From an uncultured candidate division Zixibacteria bacterium (GTDB taxonomy: Bacteria > Zixibacteria > MSB-5A5 > UBA10806): a DNA stretch of 64,000 nt. A program made the position numbers and the translations under genes. The notes beneath the pieces are model-generated. The model was not told the DNA's origin. It searched no databases and worked only from the letters and a program-made list of their open reading frames with translations. Positions 11,124 through 22,563 of this stretch are shown here, one piece after another (within the stretch, counting starts at the first letter, position 1; every line of letters starts with the position of its first letter). The stretch covers positions 128,001 to 192,000 of the forward strand of contig CAWFQL010000009.1 in the NCBI GenBank assembly GCA_963817915.1, in the 5' to 3' direction.

Positions 11124-11753
11124 TCAATTAGCAAAATCACGATTAAACTGAAATCTGAGCATGCCCAATAAATTGCGTCGAGCCATTATTGCTCCTATAA
11201 GCAACAATATCTCTACCGTAACTGTGCAAAGCCACCAAAAATAGGAAGGATGTAGATCAAGTATTAATTTCGCGACATAGGATAACAAAATTGCCACGAA
11301 CGAATTGGCAGAAGTCATAAAGGCGGAATAGACACGCATAAGCCACTCATGAAGGCCCCTATGGTTTTCATAAAGGAAACCATGGTCGAAGGAAGCTGCA
11401 ATGTATATTTCTTCATCTTTCGAGGTTTTTGCCTGTTTCGTTTCGGAGTTTTGAGCGGATTTTCTGCGCGAAAGTTTTGGATGCAATTGTAACCAAATAC
11501 GGTCCATATCCGCTTCTGAAAGATCTGTTTCAAAGTTGGAACCGAACAATCTAAATAGACGCCTAAGAAGGACAATGGTAAGGGTGCTTATCAGAAAACC
11601 CATTGGTAGAATCGCAAGGGCTATCGCTCCGACAAAAGCTGATTTGTCGTTCGACAAAGGCAAGGCTATCCCGGCACTGCAGTATGCTGAAGCAACAGAA
11701 ACAAAGAAAAAGAAAGGGGCTACTAACAAACGAATTTGTCGCGTTGGATCCAT
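11124..11753 (-). CDS. hypothetical integral membrane protein (~4 TM)
   Basis: 209-aa ORF with GAGGA RBS and two pairs of hydrophobic segments. Confidence 0.65.
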   Translation of the reverse strand: MDPTRQIRLLVAPFFFFVSVASAYCSAGIALPLSNDKSAFVGAIALAILPMGFLISTLTIVLLRRLFRLFGSNFETDLSEADMDRIWLQLHPKLSRRKSAQNSETKQAKTSKDEEIYIAASFDHGFLYENHRGLHEWLMRVYSAFMTSANSFVAILLSYVAKLILDLHPSYFWWLCTVTVEILLLIGAIMARRNLLGMLRFQFNRDFAN

Positions 11754-12001
11754 TTAATCCTCACTTGTTTTGATTTGAAGATTTCAGTTAACTTGAAATG
11801 TATTTTATAATAATTTGATTGTTTAAGCAAAGATAAATTATATTTTGATAATAAAATGTCTGCCTCCTTCCAGGGATGTTCTCTTTTTCAAGAAGCCCTT
11901 TCGTAGCAGATAAGGCAAAATCGACTTATACTGCATCGATTTGCAGAAGGAGATGAGTAGAAAAAAGACTTGCGGGGAAATATTACAAAGCTTATTCTAT
12001 A

Positions 12002-12601
12002 ATGAAGGTAAAAATTATGTTCGAAGACATATATAAAAGTATCGCTTCTGTTTTCAATGCCCATGAAAAAGCAGAGATTGAGCCGGTTCTAAATGAATCA
12101 CAGCGCCAGCTTTATAGATCTTATACTAAGTATTTGAACGATTGGTTATCGAGCAATACACGAAAAGAGCGAAAGGGATTAATGGTTTCAAGCGTTTATT
12201 GCGATTATTTTATCAATTCCAGGAGTTAGTTATGGCGACCTGCAATTGTTTGGGATAAAATTTAATCAACTCAATTATAATATCATGAAAATAGGAATAC
12301 TGATTGCCATTGTGTATTTTTTATGTGTTTTTTTAATCAATGCGCATTGTGAATCGGATCTTAAATAAACGAATTTTTGGAGGATATGAATAAAGATTTC
12401 ATCAAGGTATTTAATCTAAGGCAAAGGCTTGAAGATTCCAAGAATAACACCAAGCAATTATTTAAAGAAATACAAAAGACGATTGATGGCCGGTTCAAGA
12501 TTTCTCTTAAAATAAGACGTGTAAAATATTTTTTCGATATTTGGATACCAATTGGCATGGCAATTATTGCGGTCGTTTTAATAATAATTCAGCCAAGATA
12601 G
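12002..12601 (+). CDS. hypothetical membrane protein interrupted by two frameshifts (~12196, ~12362); error or pseudogene
   Basis: Two ORF fragments are joined by an open hydrophobic middle frame (AIILSIPGVSYGDLQLFGIKF...IGILIAIVYFLCVFLIN). AT-rich. Confidence 0.5.
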
Positions 12602-12724
12602 TAATAAAATTAGCTTATTGGTTTAGTGAAAGTATATTTACAAGCTTTTTGACGAATAAGCCTGATTGATTATTTTGCCCCAATATATTTTTCAAAAAAT
12701 CTTTAAAAATCTATTCCGCCATAT

Positions 12725-12756
12725 AAAAAAATCCCCTCTCTGAGAAGGGATTTTTT
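12725..12756. terminator. bidirectional intrinsic terminator
   Basis: AAAAAAATCCC..GGGATTTTTT hairpin between convergent genes. Confidence 0.65.
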
Positions 12757-12775
12757 ATTGCTATCGCATAGTTGT

Positions 12776-15700
12776 CTAATTCATGCCGAGCTTATCATTT
12801 TTTGGCGGCTCGATCTTCACCTTAGTCGGCTGGACGGGGGCAGTATTTGTCGATCGTCCGGCCGGCGGGCAAAACTGACAATACACCGGCGGCGGCCCCA
12901 TTCCCTTGAAGTAATTTACAAAATAAGTGACATCAAGCCCATTCCAGGAGCACGAGCCATTTACATCCCCCTGCGGATATAGCATATTATTCCCATATTC
13001 AGAGCATGGGGGACAGCTTTCGCGTGGTGCGTCGCCGCCTTTGAAGAAATTGACCATATACGTCACATCCAGGCCGTTTGCAGACCCCGATCCATTGACA
13101 TCGCCCGGAACATACGAACAAACTCCCTCGATTGAAAAATTGACATCGATAATTGAGATACTGTCGGTGTTGGGGGCATTGTTCAATATCACTACCTGGC
13201 CGTGATATGAACCGGTCGGCAATAATGCCGCATTCATGAATATATTGAAAGGTAATGCGGGGTCATCCGGCGCGATAATTCCGCCTACGAGGCTGGTTGA
13301 AAGCCACTTTATCGGAGGTTTAAATCGAATCGCGAGATTGTTCGTAAGGTATGGCTGATTGTAGGCCACTTGCAGGCCGACCGTGCCTGATTCATCTTCT
13401 ATGCCAACAGTGGCGGCAGGTCGGAATATCCCGGCGCCATACTGGTAGATGATGCTGTTATCGTATCCATTGAGAATTATCTGGAAGTCATGAGGATAAT
13501 TCGGCGCGGGATAATCGCACCAGCCAACCCATGAGATTATGAATCTATTGGCGATAGGATCATAATATGTATAGCATCTGCCGGAAGTACCGCCGTCCAA
13601 ATTGTCCCAGTCTACTGCCAATAGTGCGTTAAGCTCGTCAATATTGGGAATTGGATTATTTACTGCCGATGTGGCATATGGGCGACCGAAAGACGCCCAT
13701 CCGTTGGTACCGATAATGATTCGAGTGTAATCAATGCCATAGAAACTAAATGTTAATCCAAGGTCGATTGGATCGGTAAATCCCTCATTTGAATCGCCAT
13801 GATTCCAGTTTACCTCTGTTCCCAGGCCGGAAATATCATACCAAAGATAAGATGGCCCATCAGACTCGTGCGAATCTTTCCATGTATAGCCGTAAATATC
13901 GGGCCCGCCAAAATTTGAAATCATCGGGGGTTCAGATGTTGAATTTTGAGAATTGGTTTTTTCACTATTTCTGTGAATTATCTCACTCTGCACAATAGTC
14001 TCAAATGGGATGATTGTTTGTGGAGGAGATAAATTCAATGCCATACTCGAAGCATTCTGAACAACCTTAACTTTATAATCCAAATCACATCCTATACCGC
14101 CGTTGTCGATCGTCGTACCGGCGGTATCAGCGCCGTCGGGTTGGGCGACTCCATTAACCTGGTATGCTCCAAGAATTGGAATTGGTGCTGAAATCGAATC
14201 GGCATTAACAAAAGCCCTGATAAAATAATCCCCGTGATGGCCAAATAATCGGTCCCAAACTCCGCCTTGTCTCGCCCATCGATCCGATTGGTGATTTACG
14301 GTTATGTCGACCGCAAGCAGCGCGGGCGGCAGAGTGTCATTAATTGACCATCCAACCCAGAAATATTCGCAGTTTAGGACTATCGTTGTATCACAACCAA
14401 TATTCCAGATCGTCCAACCGGTTTTGGGTACTTGGATTTTCTTGGAGTAAATAGGGATATTATCAGGAATGCTATCCAGGTCGGCATCGAGGAAAATGCT
14501 GGCCTTTATCGTATCTCCGGCGCCGCCTGCAGGAAATTCGTCTTCATTTATACATTTGAATGCCATTGATGATAAGGTCGCTCCTTCATAGGAAACCCTA
14601 AATCGATTCGCAAATACATCATTCGTGTCATCAAATGCCAAACTCCAAACAATATTTCCGTCGTCAACCCGAAAATCAGTATTTTCAGCCGGAGCGGATT
14701 CCATACTCTTTTGGATCGTGTCATTCGATGTAAATTCATCGAGCGGCAATTCGGTGATTATTTTCAATGTATAATCGCTACACTCGTTTCCGATATTCCA
14801 AGGGGAGAAACTTACGCTGGCAGAATCCAACGAACCCAAATTGCTAATATGTTGAGTATTTGAATACCCATAGTTATCCACCGCAGTGACATCAAAAGAC
14901 TCAACTTGAGATCCGCAGTTGGCAATTCTGGCGTTGATATCATAGCTATTCCCTTGCGCAAACAATATCGAGGGAATCGTCATGGAAACTGGGCTTACAT
15001 CATGATCCGGCAGATAAATAAAACTGACCGCCAAACCGGGTCGAGGGCTCTGACCCAATTCTCCCAGATTGTTATAGGCCAGTCCCACTGTCTCACCGCT
15101 TTTTTCAATTCCGATAGTCTGTTGTGACTGGAAACTGCTGCTAATAGTTTTATATTGAGCGGTTATAGTTTTTAGATATGAATTGAAAATCAATTCCAGG
15201 TCAATGTAAGAGCCAGCGATATCCTTGTACTCCAGACTATCGTATTGAATAATAAACTTCGGCTCGCCCGGGGCCTTATAGTAGTAGACATGCCCATTTC
15301 GCAGATGAAGATCGGCCCATAATGCCGCTATCATCGCCGATGGGCCATCTGCATCTGGAATACCGGATGGTGAATAGTCTGTCGAGATTGAATCCTCAAA
15401 TGATACCCAGCCATTGATGTTAATGTTAATTCTAGTATATGCAGTCTCAAAAAACCTGAATTCCATTCCCATATCAACCATACCGGAATTGCCATCATCC
15501 GGATCGGCAAATGATGCTTCGCTGCCGACAGATCTTAGTTCGTACCACGAAAACGCCGGACCTTCGCCTGTGATATTATCGCGGAACGTCCATCTCTCTA
15601 CAGGCCCGCCAAATCCTCGATGCGGATGCGTAAATGTCGTTGAAGTCAACGTATCGTTGGTTCTGTGTACGTCCGTGCCAAGCATTGTATGGCAGGTTAT

Positions 15701-17101
15701 AGTATGACTATTGTTTTCGGCCGGACTCCAGGCGTCGAATAGCAGCTCAGTCTGGGTTGCGCTCGGCAAATCAGTGACCGATTGCGTATCTGAATAGACA
15801 ATCGCGCCTATCGAATCGGCTATCAAAAATGAGACATCGAATGATTCCGTATTTAAGCCGGCGTTCTCGATTTTGGCTGTTACCGGCCAAGGATATCCAT
15901 TGATGCTATTGGCGCTCGGCTCAACAATCTGAATGACCGCGGCATCATGAGGATATCGATCGACAGTGACTACCTTGAGGCTATCGATATACCATTTAGC
16001 GGCGTTGCTCGCTACATACTTGAATGCCAGCCTTGCATTCGAATGACCATTTGCCCAACCTGTGATATCGAACGTATCATAGGCCGCCGTGCCGGAAGAG
16101 CCATGGTCGCTGTCGTGGTATCTCGCGACGAGATATGGCCAGGTCACGCCTCCGTCATTAGATCCCAGGATAAATGCTGTATCGGCTGCCAATGGCCAGT
16201 CATCGTACCATTGTTTTACATATACATATGCCTGCAATGAGCCGGTTGATAAATCGATTGGTGGCGATTGCAGCCATTCATTTTGCTGTTCGATGGGGGA
16301 GAAGAAAACCCGAGCCATATTACCCCATCCGACAGCATTGGATTGATGCCAATCGTTGTTATCCCATTTTTTTACAAGGAAGTGTTGAATGCCCCAATCT
16401 GCGGGAGGATTATTTCCATATGGCCCCCACGAGCCTTCAAAATCCTGATTCATCAATTGTGAACCATCGGCAATAAACTTAATATCATCTATACGCCATT
16501 GACCCGCGACGACGGCGTCCCGCTTTACATATTGGAATGCTGCCTTTATCGATGATTTGCCTGCGGCAAAATCCGATATATTGAAGAATTCGCTGTCAGG
16601 GACGGTCGGACTTCCGTAACTTTGCTCAGTATAGACAAATACCGTGTCTCCCCAACTTGCCCCGTTATCGTCAGAAAGCAATACAAGCGCCGAATCCGCT
16701 GACTGAAAGGAATAATCAAAATAGTAATGCCTAAAGGACAATATGCATAATGTGTCAGTGTAAAAATCAACCGCGGGCGAGATGATCCAATCATCATTGT
16801 ACTTGTCAGATGAATTTCCTTTGACTCTGGCGAAATATCCGCCCCATCCTTGGAAACGATGCCATCTCAATGTATCCCAGACCGCATCCGATGTCGCGCT
16901 GTCTATTATGCTCCAGTTCGAAGGAGGATTCGTGCCATTCCATCCCGAAGGACTATCGAAATCCTCGAATAATACCGTGCTTTGTATTATTGGAATATCT
17001 GGATTCGATAAATCATTAATAGTGCTGGAATATGCCAGGCCGGATAGAATGATCAAAAGGCACAATGCCTCTAAGACAAAAACCCTAAGCGAATTATTCA
17101 T
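12776..17101 (-). CDS. 1441-aa secreted multidomain protein: cleaved-adhesin/MAM-like domains, CARDB/Ig-like domains, two 'GGP' nidogen-like domains, C-terminal six-Cys dockerin-like module
   Basis: Sec signal; repeated 'EDF..PP.W..DDW.ISP..W.IDD' domains; 'HD..V..I..P...ND' CARDB-like units; terminal duplicated GDVNGS..NGLDVTY.VN.FKG. Confidence 0.8.
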   Translation of the reverse strand: MNNSLRVFVLEALCLLIILSGLAYSSTINDLSNPDIPIIQSTVLFEDFDSPSGWNGTNPPSNWSIIDSATSDAVWDTLRWHRFQGWGGYFARVKGNSSDKYNDDWIISPAVDFYTDTLCILSFRHYYFDYSFQSADSALVLLSDDNGASWGDTVFVYTEQSYGSPTVPDSEFFNISDFAAGKSSIKAAFQYVKRDAVVAGQWRIDDIKFIADGSQLMNQDFEGSWGPYGNNPPADWGIQHFLVKKWDNNDWHQSNAVGWGNMARVFFSPIEQQNEWLQSPPIDLSTGSLQAYVYVKQWYDDWPLAADTAFILGSNDGGVTWPYLVARYHDSDHGSSGTAAYDTFDITGWANGHSNARLAFKYVASNAAKWYIDSLKVVTVDRYPHDAAVIQIVEPSANSINGYPWPVTAKIENAGLNTESFDVSFLIADSIGAIVYSDTQSVTDLPSATQTELLFDAWSPAENNSHTITCHTMLGTDVHRTNDTLTSTTFTHPHRGFGGPVERWTFRDNITGEGPAFSWYELRSVGSEASFADPDDGNSGMVDMGMEFRFFETAYTRINININGWVSFEDSISTDYSPSGIPDADGPSAMIAALWADLHLRNGHVYYYKAPGEPKFIIQYDSLEYKDIAGSYIDLELIFNSYLKTITAQYKTISSSFQSQQTIGIEKSGETVGLAYNNLGELGQSPRPGLAVSFIYLPDHDVSPVSMTIPSILFAQGNSYDINARIANCGSQVESFDVTAVDNYGYSNTQHISNLGSLDSASVSFSPWNIGNECSDYTLKIITELPLDEFTSNDTIQKSMESAPAENTDFRVDDGNIVWSLAFDDTNDVFANRFRVSYEGATLSSMAFKCINEDEFPAGGAGDTIKASIFLDADLDSIPDNIPIYSKKIQVPKTGWTIWNIGCDTTIVLNCEYFWVGWSINDTLPPALLAVDITVNHQSDRWARQGGVWDRLFGHHGDYFIRAFVNADSISAPIPILGAYQVNGVAQPDGADTAGTTIDNGGIGCDLDYKVKVVQNASSMALNLSPPQTIIPFETIVQSEIIHRNSEKTNSQNSTSEPPMISNFGGPDIYGYTWKDSHESDGPSYLWYDISGLGTEVNWNHGDSNEGFTDPIDLGLTFSFYGIDYTRIIIGTNGWASFGRPYATSAVNNPIPNIDELNALLAVDWDNLDGGTSGRCYTYYDPIANRFIISWVGWCDYPAPNYPHDFQIILNGYDNSIIYQYGAGIFRPAATVGIEDESGTVGLQVAYNQPYLTNNLAIRFKPPIKWLSTSLVGGIIAPDDPALPFNIFMNAALLPTGSYHGQVVILNNAPNTDSISIIDVNFSIEGVCSYVPGDVNGSGSANGLDVTYMVNFFKGGDAPRESCPPCSEYGNNMLYPQGDVNGSCSWNGLDVTYFVNYFKGMGPPPVYCQFCPPAGRSTNTAPVQPTKVKIEPPKNDKLGMN

Positions 17102-17385
17102 TTTTCCACCTTGCCCTGAATTTCGTTTGTTCTCATTATTCGCATAAATTCATATAAATTTTATTTTAAAAACATAATAGTTTTGTTCGCATCGTAAAAT
17201 CCGGAATATCGAAGTCTATATCCCTGGTGCCCATTCTATTCATTTTTCAAGAAGCGGTTACTAATAAGGCTCAACAACAATTAAATATAGACCAACGAAA
17301 AATCCTGTCAAGGTTTTTCGCCAATTTCATCTATTTTGGACAAAAAATTGATATGCCGTTAAGGTTACGAATCTGCAGGCCGCTA

Positions 17386-18576
17386 TCAATTACTGAAAAG
17401 AATACTTTCCTTTTCAAAAAGCCGATGGGCCACGAAAATTGCGAAGGCCGCATAGAGTGCCGTGGACAGGAAAATTATCGAGATATAGAGCCAATTGATA
17501 TTTCCAAGCAACGCCTCTTTAATACTCAGACAGATATTCGCCAGCGGTATAAATGCCAGGCCGATATTCAAATCAATTCCCGGTATGAAAGATACCAATG
17601 ACGGCAATATCACAACCATCATGAATGGTGTCACATAGGATTGAGCCTCCTTAAAGCTTTTGGCGCTCAGAGATATTGCCATCAGGACAGCTGAGAAGAG
17701 GCTGGCAGTTGGTATCATCATCAAGAAAATCACGAAAATCGCTGATGGCGCGATTTTAAGCGCCATTTCGCCGCCGATAGCTCCTCCGGCCGAAATCGAG
17801 TACGCCATCGTGGCGGTTAGGCTCGTTATGGCCAATATGGTCGTGACAATTGATGTTGTAAGAATCGTCAGAAATTTCCCCGTGGCCAACTGCCAGCGCG
17901 GTATAGGGCTGACTAATATTGTTTCCAAAGTCCCTCGTTCTTTTTCTCCCGCCGTCAAATCCATCGCAGTGTACATGGCTCCCGTCAGGCTCAGCATGAG
18001 AATCATGTAAGGCAGAAATATCGAGAGCAAGAACGATCCCATTTTCTCTTTGGACGCCACATTCTGCTGTTTTATCTCGAACGGCTTTACCAGCGATTCC
18101 TCCAGACCCTTTTCTGCCAATCTCGCGATAACTATCTTCTGACGGTATTCATTTAGAATATCTTCGATTCTATCCGCGGCGAAACGAGATTTTGTTTCCG
18201 ATGCGTCATATAAAACCGGCAGGGAATCGATTGCCGATGAGGCCATTTTCTGTTTAAATTCAACAGGGATAATTAATGCGGCCCTGATATCCTTTCTCAA
18301 AATAGCAGCTTCAACCGAATCGCTTTCCACAACCTGCACTTTATTTGAAGTCGCAATCATTTCAAATAATTCTGGCGCGGCTTGCTTGTTTACCACAGCT
18401 ATCTTATGAATTTCCTGTTTGGATTTTTCCATGATTCCGGCGATTAGTGCCGAGAAGCCAAATGTCAGCAATGGGAATATCAATATAGGTACGATAATCA
18501 TCGAGATAATCGTGCGTCTGTCACGAATCGTATCCAACAGCTCTTTTTGATAAACTAACCTAATATTCCGAAACAT
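17386..18576 (-). CDS. ABC-2 exporter permease, NatB-like
   Basis: KELLDTIRDRRT, DLTAGEKERGTLETILVSP, AKSFKEAQSYVTP. Confidence 0.9.
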   Translation of the reverse strand: MFRNIRLVYQKELLDTIRDRRTIISMIIVPILIFPLLTFGFSALIAGIMEKSKQEIHKIAVVNKQAAPELFEMIATSNKVQVVESDSVEAAILRKDIRAALIIPVEFKQKMASSAIDSLPVLYDASETKSRFAADRIEDILNEYRQKIVIARLAEKGLEESLVKPFEIKQQNVASKEKMGSFLLSIFLPYMILMLSLTGAMYTAMDLTAGEKERGTLETILVSPIPRWQLATGKFLTILTTSIVTTILAITSLTATMAYSISAGGAIGGEMALKIAPSAIFVIFLMMIPTASLFSAVLMAISLSAKSFKEAQSYVTPFMMVVILPSLVSFIPGIDLNIGLAFIPLANICLSIKEALLGNINWLYISIIFLSTALYAAFAIFVAHRLFEKESILFSN

Positions 18577-19307
18577 CTTCACCTACCAGCTTAACGAATG
18601 TGTCGTCCATATCTGTACAGCCTGTCTTGCTCTTTGAGCTCAGCAGGTGAACCGGACGCGATCAATCTGCCTTTATGAATTATTCCAATTTTGTCGCAAA
18701 GTTTTTCCGCTTCGTGCATGACGTGAGTAGAAAAAATAATCGTCTTCGAACGGCTCTTTTCCGAATTTATGAATTTAACTACAGTCCTGCTCGCGATAAC
18801 ATCCAACCCAATTGTCGGCTCATCGAGAATCAAGACTTCCGGATCATGTATCATTGTCCGGGCAATCGAGACCTTTTGCTTATTGCCGGTAGAAAGTTTA
18901 TCGCATCGCATGTCGGCGTATTCCGTAAGATTCAGCATCGCCATAAGCTCTTCGGATCTTCTCTTCGTATCAGCATCGCTCAATCCATTCAGCCTGCCGA
19001 AATAACCTATCATCTCGGAAACAGACAAACGGGCATACAAACCTGTCGAGCCCGTGAGAAATCCCAATTTTGCCTTGGCCATTTCAGGCTGCTTTTCAAC
19101 ATCGGCGCCGCATACCTGGGCTGAGCCTGATGTCGGTTTCATTAGAGTGGCCAGGATTCTCAATGTGGTCGTCTTTCCAGCGCCATTCAGGCCCAAAAGT
19201 CCAAATATCTCGCCGGGGGAGACCTTGAAGCTTACGTTGTTGACAGCTACGATCTTGCCGTGCTTTTTGTTTTCAAATTCTTTGAAAAGTCCAAATGTTT
19301 CAATCAT
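18560..19307 (-). CDS. ABC transporter ATP-binding protein, NatA-like (frameshift ~18630 near C-terminus)
   Basis: Walker [27 protein letters not shown]. An alternate frame gives the typical end [15 protein letters not shown]. Confidence 0.92.
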
Positions 19308-19433
19308 ACTTTTATTTTCAGTTGGTCAGAGTAATTTATTGCCTGAATATGAAACCACCCCAACCCGCATGCACCTTTCTTACGTTGTATTACACACTCA
19401 AATGGCATTTATTCAAAATAGCCCAACAAATTT

Positions 19434-20771
19434 TCAAGATAAGCTTGTGCCAACCCTCATTTTCTTGACCATCAATGTAGGTGAATTCCATGCCTGGTAA
19501 AAAGTCAAATCATCACAAATCGCCCCGATACCATTTAGCACCTCGTCAGCGCTGGCGCCTACTGTAATATTGCCAACAGGCTTGACTATTTTGCCATTCA
19601 ATACAAGCACTCCACTGATACCCGCGGAGTACTGTCCCGTTACGCTGTTCAATCCCCAGCCCTGAGTATCTTCGACAATAATTCCTTTTTTGCAGGATGC
19701 GATTACATCGTCGACTTTATCTTTTCCGGCCGCAATATAGAAATTACTTGGTGAGATTCCCGGAAATGAATTGTAGTCCCCGCGCATTGCCGAGCCGGTC
19801 GACACTGCTCCAGCTTTCGCCGCAGTCTTGTTATCATACAGAAAACCGCGCAATATTCCGTCTTCGATTAGGGCCTGCTTGGTTGAGGCGACTCCTTCGT
19901 CATCGGCAGGACGGCTTGCGACACCTTTGATCATCAATGCGTCATCATATACCGAAAAGCCTTTGACCGCAATCTGTGAGCCAATCTTTCCACTTAAAAA
20001 TGATGAGCCCTTATATGCGTTTTCGCCATTGAGGGCCTGGGCCAGCCCCCAAAATATCGATCCGGCCGCGGAAGGCGTGAAAATTATCTCGTAGTCGCCG
20101 CCGTCAATAGGTGTTCCGCCCACAAGGCGAACAGCCTTGCTGGCGGCTTTTTCGACCATTTTTGCTTGATCAGGCAAGTCCTCAAAACTTCTCGCTCCAA
20201 ATGATCCATCACCGGGATACATTTCGCCATTTTTGACCGCAACCACCGAAACTCCAATACCGTAATAGGTGGCGTCGTAGCTGGTCTTTAGCCCATTGGA
20301 ATTTGCCAGGCTCTTGGTAGTGATATATTCTTCGAAGGAAGCGCCATTCGATTTTTTGATCAATGGATCATAAGCTATGGCCTGCTTTTCTAATTTCATT
20401 AGATATTCTATTTTGGATTCGATTGTGTTGGCAGAATAAGTCGGGTCGAATATTCCAAGATTGCTTGGATAACTTTGAGCCCCGTTGAATTTAATATCCT
20501 GCTTTTCGCCGGCAGTTTTTGCCATTTGGGATAGCTGAGGAATAATTCGATCTATGATGTAGCTGGATGTATCGGTGCTGTGCGCGAATGCCATCTTTCC
20601 GGACGATATAAATCTAATCGCCATTCCGCCTGGAGTCGCCTTTTGAATCGTATCAACTTTGCCATCTCTTATTGATACTGATAGGCTTTTGTGCGAAACA
20701 TTATACACTTCAGCCGAATCCGCTCCGGCTCTCATGCAACTTTCGAGTATTCTATCGATAATTTCCATCAT
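19434..20771 (-). CDS. pmbA: PmbA/TldE-family protein
   Basis: GADSAEVY, DDEGV, LIEDGILRGFLY, STGSA.R, NSVTGQYS; no HExxxH motif; follows tldD. Confidence 0.9.
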   Translation of the reverse strand: MMEIIDRILESCMRAGADSAEVYNVSHKSLSVSIRDGKVDTIQKATPGGMAIRFISSGKMAFAHSTDTSSYIIDRIIPQLSQMAKTAGEKQDIKFNGAQSYPSNLGIFDPTYSANTIESKIEYLMKLEKQAIAYDPLIKKSNGASFEEYITTKSLANSNGLKTSYDATYYGIGVSVVAVKNGEMYPGDGSFGARSFEDLPDQAKMVEKAASKAVRLVGGTPIDGGDYEIIFTPSAAGSIFWGLAQALNGENAYKGSSFLSGKIGSQIAVKGFSVYDDALMIKGVASRPADDEGVASTKQALIEDGILRGFLYDNKTAAKAGAVSTGSAMRGDYNSFPGISPSNFYIAAGKDKVDDVIASCKKGIIVEDTQGWGLNSVTGQYSAGISGVLVLNGKIVKPVGNITVGASADEVLNGIGAICDDLTFYQAWNSPTLMVKKMRVGTSLS

Positions 20772-20778
20772 TTACCTC

Positions 20779-22282
20779 CTATGCCGTCCCGCCGACAGTC
20801 ATTCCTTTGGCAATTCTCACGGTTGGCAACCCGGCCGTTACAGGTACCCATTGTCCTTTGCCGCACGTGCCGGCTCCCAAATCAAGGTCATTGCCGACAG
20901 CATCGATATTCATCAGGACATCGATGCCTTTGCCAATCAGGGTTGCTCCTCTAACCGGGGCCGTAATTTTGCCATTTTCGATCAGATGCGCTTCTCTGAC
21001 TATGAAATTGAATTGTCCCGATACCGTATCCACCGATCCGCCTGATAAGGCATCGATATAAATCCCGGATTTTGTCTGAGCGACAATATCCTTCGGGTCG
21101 CTTTGACCGTTATCGAGGAATGTGTTTGTCATTCTCGGAATAGGGAAGAAGCGGTAAGATTCCCGACGTCCATTGCCTGTGGGCTCCATCCCAAGCTTTT
21201 TGGCGGATATCAAATCCTGCATAAATCCGGTGACAATACCTTTTTCGATTAAGACGTTTCGCTTGCCGGGTGTGCCCTCATCGTCGAAACTGGTTGTGCC
21301 TCTGGCATTCGGCCACGATGAATCATCAATCATCGTCACCAAATCGGACCCAACCTTTTTTCCTAATTTATCCGAATAAATCGATAAACCCTTGTAGACC
21401 GCGTCGCCTTCCAAACCATGGCCGACCGCCTCATGAATAAGCACACCGCCCCATCCGCATTTAATTACGACAGGCATCATCCCGGATGGCGCGGGTTTGG
21501 CATCCATCATTACTACGGCCTCTTCGGCGGCTTCCTTGGCGGCTTTGACTACATCATTGTGATCGAAAAATTCAAAGCCCTGATGCGCCGAAAGACGGCT
21601 TCTACCCATATGACGAACACCGTTCTTCTCGCCGAGTACTTCGATTACGATCCATATCAACGGGACGTCATTTTCGATTCGAAGACCGTTGGAGTTGGCG
21701 ATTATCCGTTTCTGAGATTGATCATAATATGTCAGTTCCACCTGCTTTACGATATCGCTGTGACTCCGGGCCGCTTCTTCGGCAGTTTTCATCAATTGCA
21801 TCTTCTGAGTCGCCGGAATACTACTAATCGGAATTTCTACCTTGGTGAATTCCGGAGCTTTCGATGTTATTGGAGCCGCATATATTTTTCAAATTCATAT
21901 TTGATGCTATAAATGCGGAGGCATCGGCGGCTTCCAATGCTTTTGCAAAATCATAACCATTTACATAGGCATAACCATTTTTATCGTCATCGACAGTTCT
22001 TATCCCGACGCCCTGCGATATCCCGATTGTAGCTTCGGAGAAATTTTTCTCGGTAATTCTGAACGATAATGACCCGATTTCCTCGATAAACACTTCAGAA
22101 AAATCTCCCCCGCGCTTCAAGGCTCTTTTCAACATCTCGGCTATTTGAGATTCATCGAATCCTGTTTTTATCATCGGGGCACAGCTCAGGCCCTCGATGG
22201 CCGCCAACAAGCTTGGCGCCAGAACAGCCCCAGCCGAATACACAACAGATTTAGTCAGGAACTGCCGTCGATCTATTTTCAT
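20779..22282 (-). CDS. tldD: TldD-family metalloprotease with twin-arginine signal (frameshift ~21882)
   Basis: HEAVGHGLEGD, TGNGRRESY..PIPRMTNT, GTCGKGQ.VPV. The N-terminal ORF 21824-22282 (GGDFSEVFIE, GVGIR) joins by a single shift and starts MKIDRRQFL. Confidence 0.93.
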
Positions 22283-22388
22283 AATACCTCCATAGGTTTC
22301 TCAAGTTGATAAAACCACAGACTGCCAATTTTGTCAATTTCTAAATTTCTAAGCCTTTATTATATCGGATTCTAAGACGATTACGATT

Positions 22389-22406
22389 TGTAAGCCCAAG
22401 ATTACA
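22389..22406 (+). promoter_or_regulatory. candidate enhancer-binding-protein (PrsR-like) site
   Basis: Palindrome TGTAA-N8-TTACA ~110 bp upstream of a sigma-54 promoter. Confidence 0.5.
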
Positions 22407-22517
22407 TAATTAGCAATGATTTGCATTATCTGTAAAACATACCAATCTATCAATTTAAGTAATTTATGCATCTGCTTGTGTTATGGATAGTTACGGCGCG
22501 GCTGTTTTGGGGGAGCT

Positions 22518-22534
22518 TTGGCATGTAAATTGCT
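22518..22534 (+). promoter_or_regulatory. sigma-54 (-24/-12) promoter
   Basis: TTGGCATGTAAATTGCT matches YTGGCACGRNNNTTGCW with correct spacing. Confidence 0.75.
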
Positions 22535-22563
22535 TTATTTGATGACGTTGGCGAGGGAATAAA

